Shown: positions 22,484-36,514, counted from the first letter of the stretch. The stretch: DNA of 64,000 nucleotides from Octopus sinensis (GCF_006345805.1 NC_042997.1:58218001-58282000), one strand, 5' to 3'. Made by a program: numbers and translations. Notes: generated by a model from the letters alone, not told the origin.

Positions 22484-24475
22484 AATTATTTCGAGGATAT
22501 AAATACCTCTTATATATGTATCGTTTCCCAGCCGAGTCAACGGTATTTATTTTTACTGGCGGTGTTCCAGCATGGCCACAACCTTTGGGCTGAAACGTAT
22601 AAAGAAAATTGTTTGTGTGCGTGTGTGTGAACGTTAAACAGTGTACACACACACGTTTTTATATAAATATGTGTGTTGCACACTCACACAACCGTAAGGA
22701 AAAAGTACTCTCATGATGTAGTGTTAAATTATGGCATTTAAAAACATTCTTCACGCCGAGTTTCGTGTAACGGTGTTTTAATTTACATACACTCACAAAT
22801 ATATATACTTATATAACGACGATGTAAAATCTCAGTTCTTGAATGTGATACTGTAGTTCAGAAACAAATATGTATATATATACTACAGTGTGTTGGCAAG
22901 AAAGCTGTGACAACTTTCGATCTTCATTTTTCATAAAATGTTTATTCATATCTGAGAAAGATATTAATATCATAAGGACTTTCAGAAAAAAAAAAGAAAA
23001 GAAAAATCTCATGTATACATTCTGACATACATCCAAAAGATCGCATCTTCATACATTGTCTATTTATAGGTGCACATTGCTTAAAATGATACTTTTCCCC
23101 CATATTTCTGAATATGTTTAAGCTTTAATTTTTTATTGTTCCATTTCCCAAAACACTTAGAAGAATGTGCACACGCAATGAACTGCATATTTGAATGTAA
23201 TACATGCACCGATGCGCAAAGGTATAAACTCACATGCGAACACATGCTTTCAGTCACACATGAACAAAGCATTCTCACCGACAGTTAAACAGATGCACTT
23301 CACATCCCCGCAATCAGTGGGCGTTCGACAGTTTCGGACGGCCCCACCCCCTCAGTAACATTCACATTATTTAACATTCGATATAGTTTTGTGTTTAGAC
23401 GGCTAATGATGGAATCTTTTTTTTCTTTTTATTGTTGAGAATCGCTCCACGATCGAAATCTGGCAACAGCCATGTGTAGTTAGTTACCTAGCATTATATC
23501 TAAACAGGTGCAATGAAATTGGCAACTAAGTTGTACCAATTACACAAAACGCGACATTCCCGTTTCGTTTACCAGTTCAGCATTTTAGAGGAAATTTGTG
23601 GAATTTTCTTCCTTGAAAATCCTAATATATTCTTTGGTTCTTTTTTCCCCGGTTTCTAGTTCGATTGCGTTTCTATTAAAGAAGTAAGATCTGCAAAAGG
23701 AAAAAAAAAAAATCAATACGAAATAATATCAGCCAATAAAGATCAAAAACAAATTATATACTAACAAGACAGAAAAAAGTATGTATACATTCACACAAAT
23801 ATTTGATTAATACACCTACACCTATTCATATATATACTGCCCCCTCATTGTTATATAATTCCATGTCAGCAGTGATTGAGCAGATCTATTTGCAGCGGCG
23901 TCCCCAGCAAGGAACATATCCTTAAAGGATTTTTTCAATTATAGTATTTGATGACTATATGGTGTAACTTAAGAGTGATTTAGTTATTTCTAGCATCTGA
24001 GTGACCACGTAAGAGCTTATTAATTAGCTGGCAGTATTTTTATCTTATTATTTGCTTATATTGAGAATGTTAACAATTCAGTCCATGCTAAACCATTTTA
24101 GATTCTTACACAAACAGATATACATTCATATATACATCTATTATATATTCGATATATATTCCTGTGAATATATATGTTGTTTCACACACATTTCAATATA
24201 TGGATATTTATCAGTACACACACATATGCATATGTGTGTATATGTGTCTCCTTGCCTTGATGTATGATAGTTGTAAATGAGTGTCACTGTCATACAAGCA
24301 GTGTCCTTAATGTCCAGTCTTTTGTGAAAACATGTTTGGCTATGGGGAAATATTAACTAACCTGGAAACAAGTGAAGGTTGGCAAACAGAAGGACATTCA
24401 GTCATAGGAAATCTGCCTCAACAAATTCTGTCCATCCCATACAAGCATGGAAAAGTGGACATTAAAATGGTGATT

Positions 24476-25930
24476 TATGCTGCTGAAATGCTTAAAATCT
24501 GGTAGAGTGGGATTTGGTCTAGTTACCCATATAATTAATCAGGTTATTCAGGAAAGTGTAATCCCCATTGACTCATGTAGCAACTTCATAGTCAGCTGCT
24601 ACAATGGGAAAGGAAATGCCTTAGAAAAAATTATAAAGGCATCAGATTACTGGATTAGGTCATGAGGGAGGTAGAGCCCAATTAATTAAGAACAGAATTT
24701 GATTAGATGAAATGCAGTATAGCTTTGTGCTGTGGAGAAGCACTACTGATGCTATTTTCATTGTCAGGCAACTGCAAGAGAAGTTTTTTGCTAAGAATAA
24801 GTTGATGCACTTGGCATTTGCTGATCTGGAGAAAGCTTTCGACAGGGCACCACACTTTGTGATATAGTGGTCTCTGAAGAAGCTTGAGGTAAATGAATGG
24901 CTTGTGAAAGCAGTACAGGCCATGTACAGGGCTACTGTTAGTAAGGTATGAGTTAGCCATCAATACAGGAATGAATTTAATGTACAGGCAGATGTTCACC
25001 AAGGCTCAGTCCTCAGCACTTTCCTATTCATCTTGGTCCTCCAGGCCATAACAAGAAGTTAAGATTGAAACCCCAAGAGAACTACTATATCCTGATGATC
25101 TTGCTCTCATGGCAGAAGCTGTAACAGATTTATAAAAAAAAATCTAAGTGTGGAAACAAAATCTGAAATCAAAGGGCCTTCATATTAACTTAGTAAAGAC
25201 CAAGGTCCTAGTAAGTAAGAAATTGGACAGGACTCGATCCACTTCATGTAAATGACTTTGCTTGGTATGTACAAAAGGTGTAGGTAGGAATTCCATTTAG
25301 TGTATTCCATGCAAGCTATGCATACACAAGGGGTGTAGTGGAATAATAGGAAGGTTAATAGAGAAAGTAGTGTTTGTATGTGGAATATGTTCAGGAGCCA
25401 TAAAGTTTACAGATAGAGGGGATATTGATTTCCTCAAATGCCCTGAGGCTCTCTAGAAGTAGTAGATAATTTCTGTTACCTAGGTGACCTAATTAGCTGT
25501 GGAGGAAGATGTACTGAAAATGTAATTGCTAGAATAAGAATAGGATGGGGATAACTCAGAGAGCTTTTATGCCTGTTGGCGACCAAAGGTCTCTCTCTCA
25601 AGTGAAAAAAAGTTTGTATGATGCATATGCATGAATAGTAATGCTACATGGTAATGAGAAATGAGCCCTGAATGCAGAGGACATGAGAAAACTACAGAAG
25701 AATGAAGCTAGTATGCTCTGCTGGATGTGCAATGTCAGTGTACATGTGGTAGTGTATTGAGAGAGAAATTAGGCATGAGAGGAACTAGATGCCATGTGCA
25801 AGTGAGAAGACTGCACTGGATTGGTCATGTGGTTCATATGGATGTTGACAGTTGCATAAACAAATGCCAATTTGTTAATGCGTGAAAGAGGAAGACATGG
25901 GATGAAATATTGAAGGCCAATCTCAAGACA
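24476..25930 (+). mobile_element. RTE-clade LINE ORF2 remnant (reverse transcriptase)
   Basis: IVSCYNGKGNALE, STTDAIFIVRQLQEKF, LAFADLEKAFDR, VHQGSVLSTFLF, LLYPDDLALMAE, FCYLGDLIS, RIRIGWG, RRLHWIGHVVHM. Stops and frameshifts are present. Confidence 0.9.
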
Positions 25931-26840
25931 CTGTTGGTGCTGGTACTACATAAAAAGCTCTGGTGCTGGTGCCTTCTAAGAAGTTTTGGTGATGGTGCCA
26001 TGTAAAATGCACTCAGTATACTCTGTAAAGTGGTTGGTGTTAGGAAAGGCATCTAGCTGTGGAAACCATACTAAAACAGATAGTGGAACATGGTGTAGCT
26101 TCTGGCCTTGCTGCCTTCTGTCAGACTGTTAAGCCCAAGCCAACATGGAAAATGGATGTTAAAATGATGATTGTATGTGTGTACATACATATCAATCTAT
26201 CATTATTTTAATATCCACTTTTCCATGCTTGCATGGATTGGACAATTTGTTGAGGCAGATTTTCTGTGATTGGAGGTCTTTCTTGTCACCAACATGTTTT
26301 TCACTGAAGATTGAAAATGAGGAACACCTCATTTATAATTATCACATGATGTGACACAAACACATACTTATATACATATATATATGTAAGGCTTTGGTCA
26401 GCCCCAAAATGAGGTAGTGCAATGGTACTGAACTTAAACCCACAAAGCAATACAGACTGTATAATCGAACAAAGTTGAGATGCTTGAAATATCTGTCTCT
26501 GCTTCCCAAATTTCTTTCTGCATTAACTTCCAATTTAATTGTAAATCTATACCATCTGAAAGATTTTGTAGAAGATTTCATTAAAAAAATATGAATTTTT
26601 TTTAAAGTTAAGAGGAAACAAATTTAGAGCATGTGAATTATCTGATAACTCTGCCTCCACTTCAAAAAGATTTTTACTGCAGTTCTGATATAGTTGTAAA
26701 GTATACCATCTGAAACATTTGTTGAAAGTTTCTTTCAAAAATATCCATTTTTTTCTGAAATATATGAAGAAAGTAAGTCAAGGGAACATAGATCTGTAGT
26801 TATGCCCTAAATTTATTTTATTGTGTTAGTACTTTTGGAT

Positions 26841-27071
26841 CAGTGGTTCTCAACCATTCTTTACCTATGGACCTCTTTAGTGCCTATTTTACTTGGGTGA
26901 ACCCTCAAAGCCATTTGATATTTGAAAAACTCCCATTATATTTTTATAATTAAATATTAATAGGAATTCTATAACAAATGTTTTGTATATTGGAGAAGTA
27001 TAACCAATTTATTGCACATAAACTTTAGTAACAAAATCTTATATCATGTGGATCCTGGTTGAGAATTACTG
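26841..27071. mobile_element. hAT-like MITE (same family as 19215-19542)
   Basis: Ends CAGTGGTTCTCAACC / GGTTGAGAATTACTG; TSD not preserved. Confidence 0.65.
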
Positions 27072-30000
27072 TTAGATGAATAAAGGGTATAAAAGAAAGT
27101 TAGATGTAGTATATCAGAAACCTTACACAAACTGGGAATCAGATGTGTAAATATCATTTAGTGACCAACAGAAAACTGCCAAAGAGTGGTCTTTCAGCTA
27201 GTATTTAGTAATTTAATAAAACAACCTAGCAAAAACAAATGTACTTTAAAATAAACATTTGTGTACATGTTCTCAATAAGCTTTCTTATAAGATTATTCA
27301 GTGGATCTAACTTCAGCATCAATGATTGTTTCAGTGCAGGCCTGCACTGAATCTAAATGATCCTTATGGGTCTGAAACACATACTTAGGAAGTGAATATA
27401 TTAACCACACAGCCTTTTCTGCACCTACACCAGTTTATTTACTTGTCTATCTGTCTCTCTATCTATGATCTTCATTATCTTTTTATGTCTGTCTTCCATG
27501 CTGGCATGAATTGGAAACTTTGACAGGATTCAATAGATTGGAAGACTGTTGTGCTCCAGTGTCTGCTTTGGCTTTGTTTCTGTGGCTGGGTGCACTTCAT
27601 AATGCCAATTACTTTACAGAGTGTACAGGGTGCTTTTTTTCATAGCATCAGTACTAGTGAGGTTATCATGTGGCTTGCAGAATTAAGATTTCCTTCAACT
27701 GAATGACACTACGGTGAAGAGGGAGGCAACTTCATGAGAGGTTGAAGCACAAAGATAGTACTGGAACAAGTTTCTTGCTGTAGAGGAGATACATGGCTAC
27801 TTGCATGATACAAGAGTGGGTGAGATTAATCAAAGTTGTGCTGGAAAGAGAGATAAAGAGAGTGGTGATGAGATGTCAGGAGGGTGGGGTGCTGGGGTCA
27901 AAAGAACAAGAAAGGTGGATGGCTAGTGATTGTAAGAATGTTTGGAGAGAGTAGATGATGACTAGAGATTGGGTCGGGTTGAGGAGTGAATACTGGAGGG
28001 TATGATCATTGAGTTAGAGGGAGGGTCGCATTACACACGTGTGCACACACACACATGTATATGTAGGGGATAAGTAAAATCTAGGTGATCACCTCAAAAG
28101 CACTTCATGCAGTAACCTGGCTAGTAAAGCGTTTAAATTGCAGTGTTATTCTTTTTGATTAACTGAAGAATGATTAGTTATACTTTGGTTAGTTATTAAA
28201 GGAACAATTTGCTAATCCAAGGTCAAATAGGTATGTCGTTATTCCTCACAAAGAGGATAGCAATAATTTTAATTGAGGAAAAGAGAAGCCAAATTAAGGT
28301 ACATTTATATATAATGGACTTCATTCAGTTCCTCTCTTCCAAATTCACTCTCAAAGCTTTTGCTTGATCTGGGGCTGTAGAAGATACTCAAAGTGATATA
28401 CAGTGGGATTAAACCAGAAATCATGTGGATGGCAAACAAATTTTTGACCACACAGCCATGCTATGACCAATCATCTTTTGTATGTTGGTTTGTATTGTGT
28501 ATTTAAGATCACATTATCAACTGTATCCTTTTTTTAAGATGGTGAGGTGTCATTTTAGAGCTACTTTGCTACATTTTTTAGCATGCTGAGACACCAAACG
28601 GAGATTCCCTCATTAACTTGATACATGTATATACAAATGAAATAATGTTGGCAAAAGTGAAAGCTTTACAAAAGAGAAACTTTTCAATCAGTTTATTTTA
28701 CACTTTAACTTCTATTTCCATTTACCACTCAAAGACTTATTTGCTCCAGTTCCAATTTTTAAAAATATATTTTTAGAAACATTTCCTGCTCCCAAGCACA
28801 TGTTTTGTTGATACCTTATAATTCTGTATTAAAAAAAATAATAATTGGGCAAGAAAAGCATTTTAATTCACATTTTTAATGTACTTGTGTTGCTTTTTGC
28901 TTGTTTTATTAATGTTCAGTGGAATGTCATTTAAGTATAACAGTATTATGTCAACAAATATTTATCATTGAATGTGCTGTTTATTCTATTATTTTACAAC
29001 CTTGTAACCAGAATTCTGCTGTCATACACTGTTGCTTCTTGCTGTCAAATCTATCATCAATACACTTTTGGCTAGTCTAGGTTGCAGATTAACCCTAGTA
29101 GAATTTTTTAATATTTTTTTTTCTTAACAGGAAGGAAACTTGAGACCATCTTTATAAAAAAGCATTGAAACTAAATAAAAGTAATCTAATTCAGTATAAA
29201 ATGTACAAAAATCTAAATATCTATTAATATTAATTTATAGTTTTGCTTCAGACTTTTATTTTTTGCCAAGTGACATTTCCTTTTCATAACATTCTGCTGT
29301 GTGTATGAAGACCTGTCTTTGCATTATCCTGCTGTATTCATGTTACCTACATATATCCTAATATTTGCCATTAATCTGTCTTCTGTGATAGTTCTGCCAG
29401 TCTTGTAATCACTTGTATTGGATATCACTGTAATGTAAACAGCATTATATATTCTGCTGCATAACTTGTATTACTTCTGAAAATATAAATACATTTCTGT
29501 ATTCTAGCATTGTTAATAGTTTTTCAAAAGAGATAAAAATGTTACAGAATTAAATAGTGCCCCCCCCCCCCCCAAAAAAACATACAAAAAACCCCAAAAC
29601 CCCCCCAAAAAACAAACAGAAACATGCATACAGACACACACACAGCAGTAGATGAAGCAGAGGTAATTCTGAAGAATATTTTGAATATCAGCTGAGAAAT
29701 TTCAAAAGATCATTGCTATGTTTCTTATGATGCTACTTTTTTTTTGTCAGTTCTGTGCAGTAAGATTTGTTAATACCTGTTAGGTTTTCTCTTAACTGCA
29801 GTTACTTCCTGAAAGGGTGTATCAAAGATTTATTTTGCAGGAATATTGGAAAGACATTTCAAATCAGTCATCTCAGCCAGAATTTTACTGAGTGATTCCA
29901 AACGTATCTGCAGAGTTAATTTTACTTTGAGCAACTCAAAAATATGTCTGCTTGGTCAAAACCTAACATTTTAGAGAATTCTTTACTTTAACTTTTAGGG

Positions 30001-30769
30001 AGAAAAACAAGTTGCAACTCAAAGATATTTACCTATAGATTATAGTTCTTTAATAGATAAATTCCCTGTCTCACAGTGTTCTGTTCAGTTCAGTTTGGGA
30101 TTTAACAAATGGGTTGCTGAAAGATTTATTGATCAGAACTACTGCTAAAATATAAAGTTCAGGTTAGTCAAATTTCCATCTTTTATCCTTGTCTTCATTG
30201 TCATCATCTAGCTGATTCCAATGCTGGCATGGGTTGGACAGTTCAAAGGGGCTGGTGAAACAGATGATTGCATCAAGCTCCAATGTCATCTTTGGCGCTC
30301 TCCCTCTTCAAGATACCCTGCAATACCTCTACTCCTTCCTTTCTGGAATTTTAGGGGAGTTATATTATGTTGTGGTTTTCTTTGATTCTCCTCAACAAAT
30401 CCTTTGCTTCTTTCTCCTTTTATTTGTTTACACCCTTCATTTTTGGACCATTTATTACAGATAGTTTTATGGCTTTTACAATGAATTATTCAACATTTTT
30501 ATCATTTTGAAGATAGACTGAAGAAAATTGCTTTCAAGTAATCTTGTTGAAGAATATTTTGTTAAAATTATCTTCTAAGTCAATAAACATCAAATTTCAT
30601 AAAATTAATTAATTTTGTTTTCCTTATGCAAGTTTAAAAAATTTTTCTTAATATCTAGCATTCATTGATTAGTATCATGTTAGAACTAAATAGTTTTGAG
30701 AAATATTTGTCTTATATTATTAGATGATACATACAATCATACATACATACATGCATGCATATTTTTTAA

Positions 30770-31160
30770 TGCTGTGTGGTAAGAAGCTTGCTTGTCAACC
30801 ACATGGTCCTGGGTTAAGTCCCACTGTGTAGCACCTTGGGCAAGTGTCTTCTACAATAGCCTTGGGCCGGCCAAAGCCTTGTGAGTGGATTTGGTAGACA
30901 GTAACTGAAAGAATTCTGTCATATATTTATGTGTGTGTGTGTCTTTGTGTCTGTTTGCCTCCCCCCCATCACTGCTTGACAACCAGTGTTGGTGTGTTTA
31001 CACCCCTGTGACTTAGCAGTTTGACAGAATAAACTGATAGAAAATGTACTATGTGTAAGAAATAAGTCCTGGGGTTGATTTGCTTGACTAAAGCACCCTT
31101 CAAGGTGGTACTTCAGCATGGCTGCAGTCAGATGACTGAAACAAGCAAAAGAACAAAAGA
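30770..31160 (+). mobile_element. tRNA-derived SINE (family A)
   Basis: Similar to 14934-15343 throughout. Confidence 0.8.
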
Positions 31161-31759
31161 ATATACCATCTTATCTTTTTTGCAGATACTCCCACTCACT
31201 TTTATAAACATACAAGAGAGCCATATATCTTCTGCATAGCAAGACACTTTTGCAGGTCCTTGGCATAAAGTCACCTCTTTGCTTAATACTTATAGTCCCC
31301 ACCTACTTAATCAAGAGGGCTTTTCCCCCTTTTTTTCCCCTTTACTTGTTCTTTCTTGTCTTGAAAGTTACTTGGCAACCCCACTAGTGCTGGTGGCATA
31401 GAAAAAGCACCCAGTATACACTGTAAAGTGATTGGCATCAAGAAGGATATCCAACCATAGAAACCATGCCAAAACTGACTTGGAGCACATTGCAGCCCCT
31501 GGGCTCATTGGATCCTGTCAAACCATCCAACCCATGCCAGCAGGGAACATGGATTTCAAATGTTGATCGGCTGTGTTGTTAACAAGTTTGTTTCCTAGCC
31601 ATATGTTTTAGGTTCAGTCTCACTTGGGTGTCTTCAACTATAGACCTGGGCTGACCAAACTGTTGTGAGTGAATTTAGTAGGCAAAAACTGAAAAGAATC
31701 CCTGTGTGTGTGTGTGTTTCTTTACACATCTTTTTCACAGAAATTCCCACTCACTTTTA

Positions 31760-32200
31760 TATAAACACAAGAGAGCCATGTATCTTGTGCATAGGAAGGC
31801 ACTTCTGCAGGTCCCTGGAATAAAGCCACCTCTTCTCCAAAAGTGCATTCAGGTCTTTCTTGATTGTGCTATTCTTTTCCATGTTGGCCCAAATTATTTA
31901 ACTAAATCATCTTCCAATCATCATAGAGGTCGTCCATGTAGCCTTTTTCAATCTCTTGGATACCACTTGGCAACTGTGCTGGTCCACTGGTTGTCCTTAC
32001 AACCTGTCTAGCCTTGCGCAACTTATGCTTTCAGTATTCTGCAAATCACATCGTTCACTCCACTCTGTTCTGGAATTATCACATTTCAGATATGCTCTTG
32101 CAATGATATTCCTAGCTAGGATCTTTACATAGTCCTTTGTGGTGCAGCCAATTAATACTCTCTCCTCTTTGTGGTAGCCCATATCTCACTTGCATATAAG
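31760..32200 (-). mobile_element. RTE LINE 3' fragment
   Basis: QWTSTVAKWYPRD*KRLHGRPL**LEDDLVK*FGPTWKRIAQ resembles the RTE C-terminal WxPxxxKRxxGRP motif. A shorter related copy lies at about 31190-31300. Confidence 0.65.
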
Positions 32201-32238
32201 AGCACTGGTAGGGTAGTGCTGTTGAAGAGTCTGGCATG

Positions 32239-32286
<48 letters not shown>

Positions 32287-32287
<1 letters not shown>

Positions 32288-32581
32288 TTGAGCAGGATTG
32301 TTACCAGCATTGCTTTACTGGTACCTGTGCTGTTGGCATGTGTAAAAAAAAAATTCGAGCGAGGTCATTGCCAGTACCGCCTGACTGGCCCCCATGCCGG
32401 TGGCACGTAAAAGCACCCACTACACTCTCGGTGTGGTTGGCGTTAGGAAGGGCATCGAGCTGTAGAAACTCTGCCAGATCAAGACTGGAGCCTGGCGCAG
32501 CCATCTGGTTTGCCAGCCCACGGTCAAACCATCCAACCCATCCTAGCATGGAAAGTGGACGTTAAACAATGATGATGATGA
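32287..32581 (+). mobile_element. RTE-tailed SINE (family B) with (GAT)n tail
   Basis: Near-identical in reverse complement to 42905-43200; flanked by (TA)n. Confidence 0.85.
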
Positions 32582-32930
32582 TATATATGTATATTATAAG
32601 ATGACATTATTCCATCATTGCAACTAGTAGTGTTACAGTTACAGTGATGACGCAGTAGAATAGATTTAAATGTGCTGCATGGTCACAGCTCAGTGACTGA
32701 AACCAGTGAAAAGGTAACATGATATATTTGAATCTATATATCCAGAATATTGAATCTAAAGTTGGGGATAACATGGCATATCTTGATATGGATTGTCTGT
32801 GTGAAAATAAACAAAGCATTGTAGATATACAATGTTGTAGGGATAAATACATTAATACCTCGGTTTTCAAACAACTCTGATTACAAATAAATTGTTCTTT
32901 ATCTCCTGTCTTTCTCATATTCATTTAATA

Positions 32931-33073
32931 CAGTAGTACCTCGGTTTACGAATGCCTCTGATCACGAATAAATCATGCTTTATATATACCTATATCTAAT
33001 ATATATATATATATATAAATATAAAGCACAATTTATTCGTGATCATGGTTGATTGAAAACCGAGGTACTACTG
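32931..33073. mobile_element. pogo/Tigger-like MITE (143 bp)
   Basis: TA|CAGTAGTACCTCGGTTT ... AAACCGAGGTACTACTG|TA gives a 17-bp TIR and TA TSD. Confidence 0.9.
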
Positions 33074-33489
33074 TATTTGTATATGCACATCTTTGATAAT
33101 AAAAATAGGATGAATGTATGTTTAAAAAAATTATAAAGGTAGAAAAGAAATACTATTAATATTAATATTGATCAAATGATAGTAATAATATTAATTATAG
33201 TTTTTTGCATAGGCACAAAATCTGAAATTTAAGGAGAGGGTTTAGTTGTCTGAACTGATCCCTGTACTTGACTGGTGATTTATTTTTATTGGCTGCAGAA
33301 GGATGAAAGGCAAAGTTAATCTCAATGGGAACACTTTAATGATTCTATCTACTGCTATATGTTTTAACGAGTAACCAATTATGAAATGAGCTGAACATCT
33401 TTTAAATTCCAAACAAGTGTGGTACATTTTTCAGCATAATTAAACAAATATATATATTCTCCTGTTTTATCATATAATAATATATATAT

Positions 33490-34098
33490 TTTTCGCGGGG
33501 TTCCACTGTTCCCTTCTCTCTCTCTCTCTCTCTCCCTCTCTCACGTTGTCTGCCATTCCCCCCTTCCATTGCTAAGAGCATTTTTAAGCCAGCCCGTCAG
33601 TTCAACCTTCGCATATTCCCGGTGCACCCGCCCTTGCCCACCCCCACCACCAATACCGGATATCTCTATATTTTTGCTCCATCTATACCATTATAGGTGT
33701 CTACTCTTCGAACCCCCCTCTTCAATACGCTATTTCACCATGCATTACCCTTCTCTTGATATCCTACGTTCTACTTGCCTAGAACCCGTCATCATTTCTC
33801 TGAACCACCCCTCCCCACTGGTGCTCCCCTATATATTTCTGCCCCCCCCCCCCCCACATAAAAAAGCACCATCCGAACGTGGCCGATGCCAGACCCCTCT
33901 GGCACCTGTGCAGGTGGCACGTAAAAAACACCCACTACACTCGCGGAGTGGTTGGCGTTAGGAAGGGCATCCAGCTGTAGAAACACTGCCAGACTAGACT
34001 GGAGCCTGGGGCAGTCCCTAGCTCCCCAGACCCCGGTCGAAACCGTCCAACCCGTGCTAGCGCGGAAAACGGACGTTAAACGATGATGATGATGATGA
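33490..34098 (+). mobile_element. RTE-tailed SINE (family B) with C-rich 5' extension
   Basis: The family B body from about 33860 to the (GAT)n tail is a young, CpG-rich copy. The 5' part is unassigned. Confidence 0.75.
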
Positions 34099-34415
34099 TA
34101 TATATATATATATATATATATTATTATATGATAAAACAGGAGAATGGAAATTTTTTGATATTATTTATTCTTCATTATGCATGTTTCATTTGCTAATAGG
34201 AATTACAAAGATTTGCATGTTAGATAGACATGTAAGGAATTTCCTATTAAAAATACAAACTTAAATATTTATATATTGAGTATATCTACTCTTAAATGTG
34301 TTCTTAGTAAGCTCAATATAACATTTTTCAGCCTTGTATATGAGGGGGCACTTTCCATCAAGAGAACAGAATGTTATATTATTGCTGTTATATTGAAGTC
34401 TATATGCTTATTGTA

Positions 34416-35242
34416 CAGGTTGTGATGAGTAAATTGTTGCCATTTTATAGTTTTGATTTTGTCAACTACACAGTATAGTAGGGTCAGTTAGGTACCATCT
34501 GTGAGAAAAACAGCACCATGACACAATTCACGCTGCTAGAAATTTGGAAATGACATGCTGTACTGCTTGGCATTCACACCAAAAGCTCCAATACAAACAT
34601 TTCAAAGTGCTTGTGTGTCAATCTGAGGACATGTAAAAATCAAACATTCAGTCAGTATCATGGTGTTTGGAGTGATCACTAGTGATGGCGATGTTATGTC
34701 TCCATTCATCTTCTCACATGGCCTCAGACTGAACACCGAGACCTACATCAAGTGCCTGGAGGAGGTAGTGCTGCCTTGGGTCAAGAGGATGGTTGCTGGA
34801 AGACCCTATGTCTGGCAACACGACTCTGCACCATGCCACACAAGCAGAAGAACCCAGGCATGGCTGTCTGACAATTTCTGCGACCACACCACCCCTAACA
34901 TCTGGCCACCTAACTCCCCAGACTGCAACCCCCTTGATTATTATGTATGGGGTACAGTTGAGCGAGAGACCAACATAGCTCTTTGTAAAAGATGAACAAA
35001 AGGCAAAGATAAAGGCAGCATTCACCAACTTAAACGAGGAGACCATCCAGAAAAGTTGCAGGAGATTCTGAAATCATCTGGAGGCCGTGGTTGAAGCCAA
35101 TGGCGATTTTATTGAATAAATTTACTCTTTAGTATTTCAAAATATTTTTATGTAATTTTGGTAAATATATCTGTTAAAATGAGATGTCAGTGTTATTTTC
35201 ATTTTTGCATAATTTAGATGATAGTTTATTCACTGCACCCTG
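34416..35242 (+). mobile_element. Internally deleted maT/DD37D transposon
   Basis: MVFGVITSDG...WQHDSAPCHTSRRTQAWLSDNFCDHTTPNIWPPNSPDCNPLDYY has 37 residues between the last two catalytic Asp. The right TIR ends CACCCTG|TA; the left TIR is degenerate. Confidence 0.85.
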
Positions 35243-35329
35243 TATATTAGAAATTAAGTATTAAAATAATGTATTAGATTATTCTAAGTCAAATAATACA
35301 TTTTACTACCTTACTCTTTTGTTGTCTTT

Positions 35330-36250
35330 AATGATAGACCTCTCTCTACAAGGATCTTGATCTTTGGCAGCATACTACAGTGTGTCCCATTTCTTGCCAT
35401 CTATTAACCAATCAATCTCACATCCAGCATCTCAGCACCTTAAGTCTCTTTCTCTCCTTGATCATGAGTAAACCTCTTGGTGGTCCAGATCTATAGGAGA
35501 TCTACTCTCCTCAAAGTCTCAATGTTACTCACTAGTAGGCCCTTGAGAAATTTTTTTTAAAGCAATGGTGTTGTATATGACATCTACAAATCCTATGATC
35601 ATATCTTGCATGCCGATCTGTTTTTCATTTCATCAGATCATCCCGTCATGGTTTCTGATAATGTAGTTCTCTAATAATCAATACTCTGTCTCTTGTGTGT
35701 CTCAAGGTTTTACCCTCCACACTTTTTCTCCAGTACATCAAAGACATACTTATGGTCATGCATAACAGTTTCACTCCTGTGAAATTTTATCACTCTTCAT
35801 TCCCTAACCATTGCATCCAAGTGTCATCCGCATGCAACATAGAGACCTCATAGGTAACCTACTCTGATTCCATGAACAGAAATATTGAAAAAAAACTCTT
35901 CTTTGGTATCATGTCTGTCTTGTCTTCCTACTAAACATGAACTTAACTAGAGTGCTCAAAGTTGCTACAAATGCTATGTCTCGTCACCACTCATCACAAA
36001 CAGCTACTAACCCTCTAGAAACCTTAAAGGAAACCTACAAAGGAATACTTCTCTCTTTTATAGACAATATTGTTACTAGATTTATAAATATTGTAGAACT
36101 CATCCAAAAAAGGTAATCTGACTGATTGGCATGAAATTGCTGACCAACACATTCCACTTCAATCTCTGGCTCACAGACATGATGTCTCCTCACTTAGATT
36201 CTTCTGCTAAACTATAATAGTTCTGTTCAGTCAGGCCTGACTTGAGCGTT
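35330..36250 (+). mobile_element. Degenerate Jockey/CR1-like LINE reverse transcriptase remnant
   Basis: DIYKSYDHILHADL (cf. DISKAFDRVWH) and VSQGFTL (cf. VPQGSVL). Heavily mutated. Confidence 0.5.
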
Positions 36251-36514
36251 AACAATGACAACAAAAGTTTGTTAAATCATAAGTTTATTACTCCTAAAGT
36301 GTCTGTATCCTATCTATGTATATACCATAATGAGTGCCAAAGTTGGCTTTAGTTTAGTGAAAGTGTAGTAGTAAGGGTATTAAAAAAAAATTACGAATGG
36401 GGTGATTTTGGCTGAAAAGCCAGAGCTAAACAAGAACAACTAATATAAAATATTGAAAAGAAAACATGTTAATTCAAGAAAATTGGAAGTTTTTGTCTTA
36501 CATTCCATCTCTAG

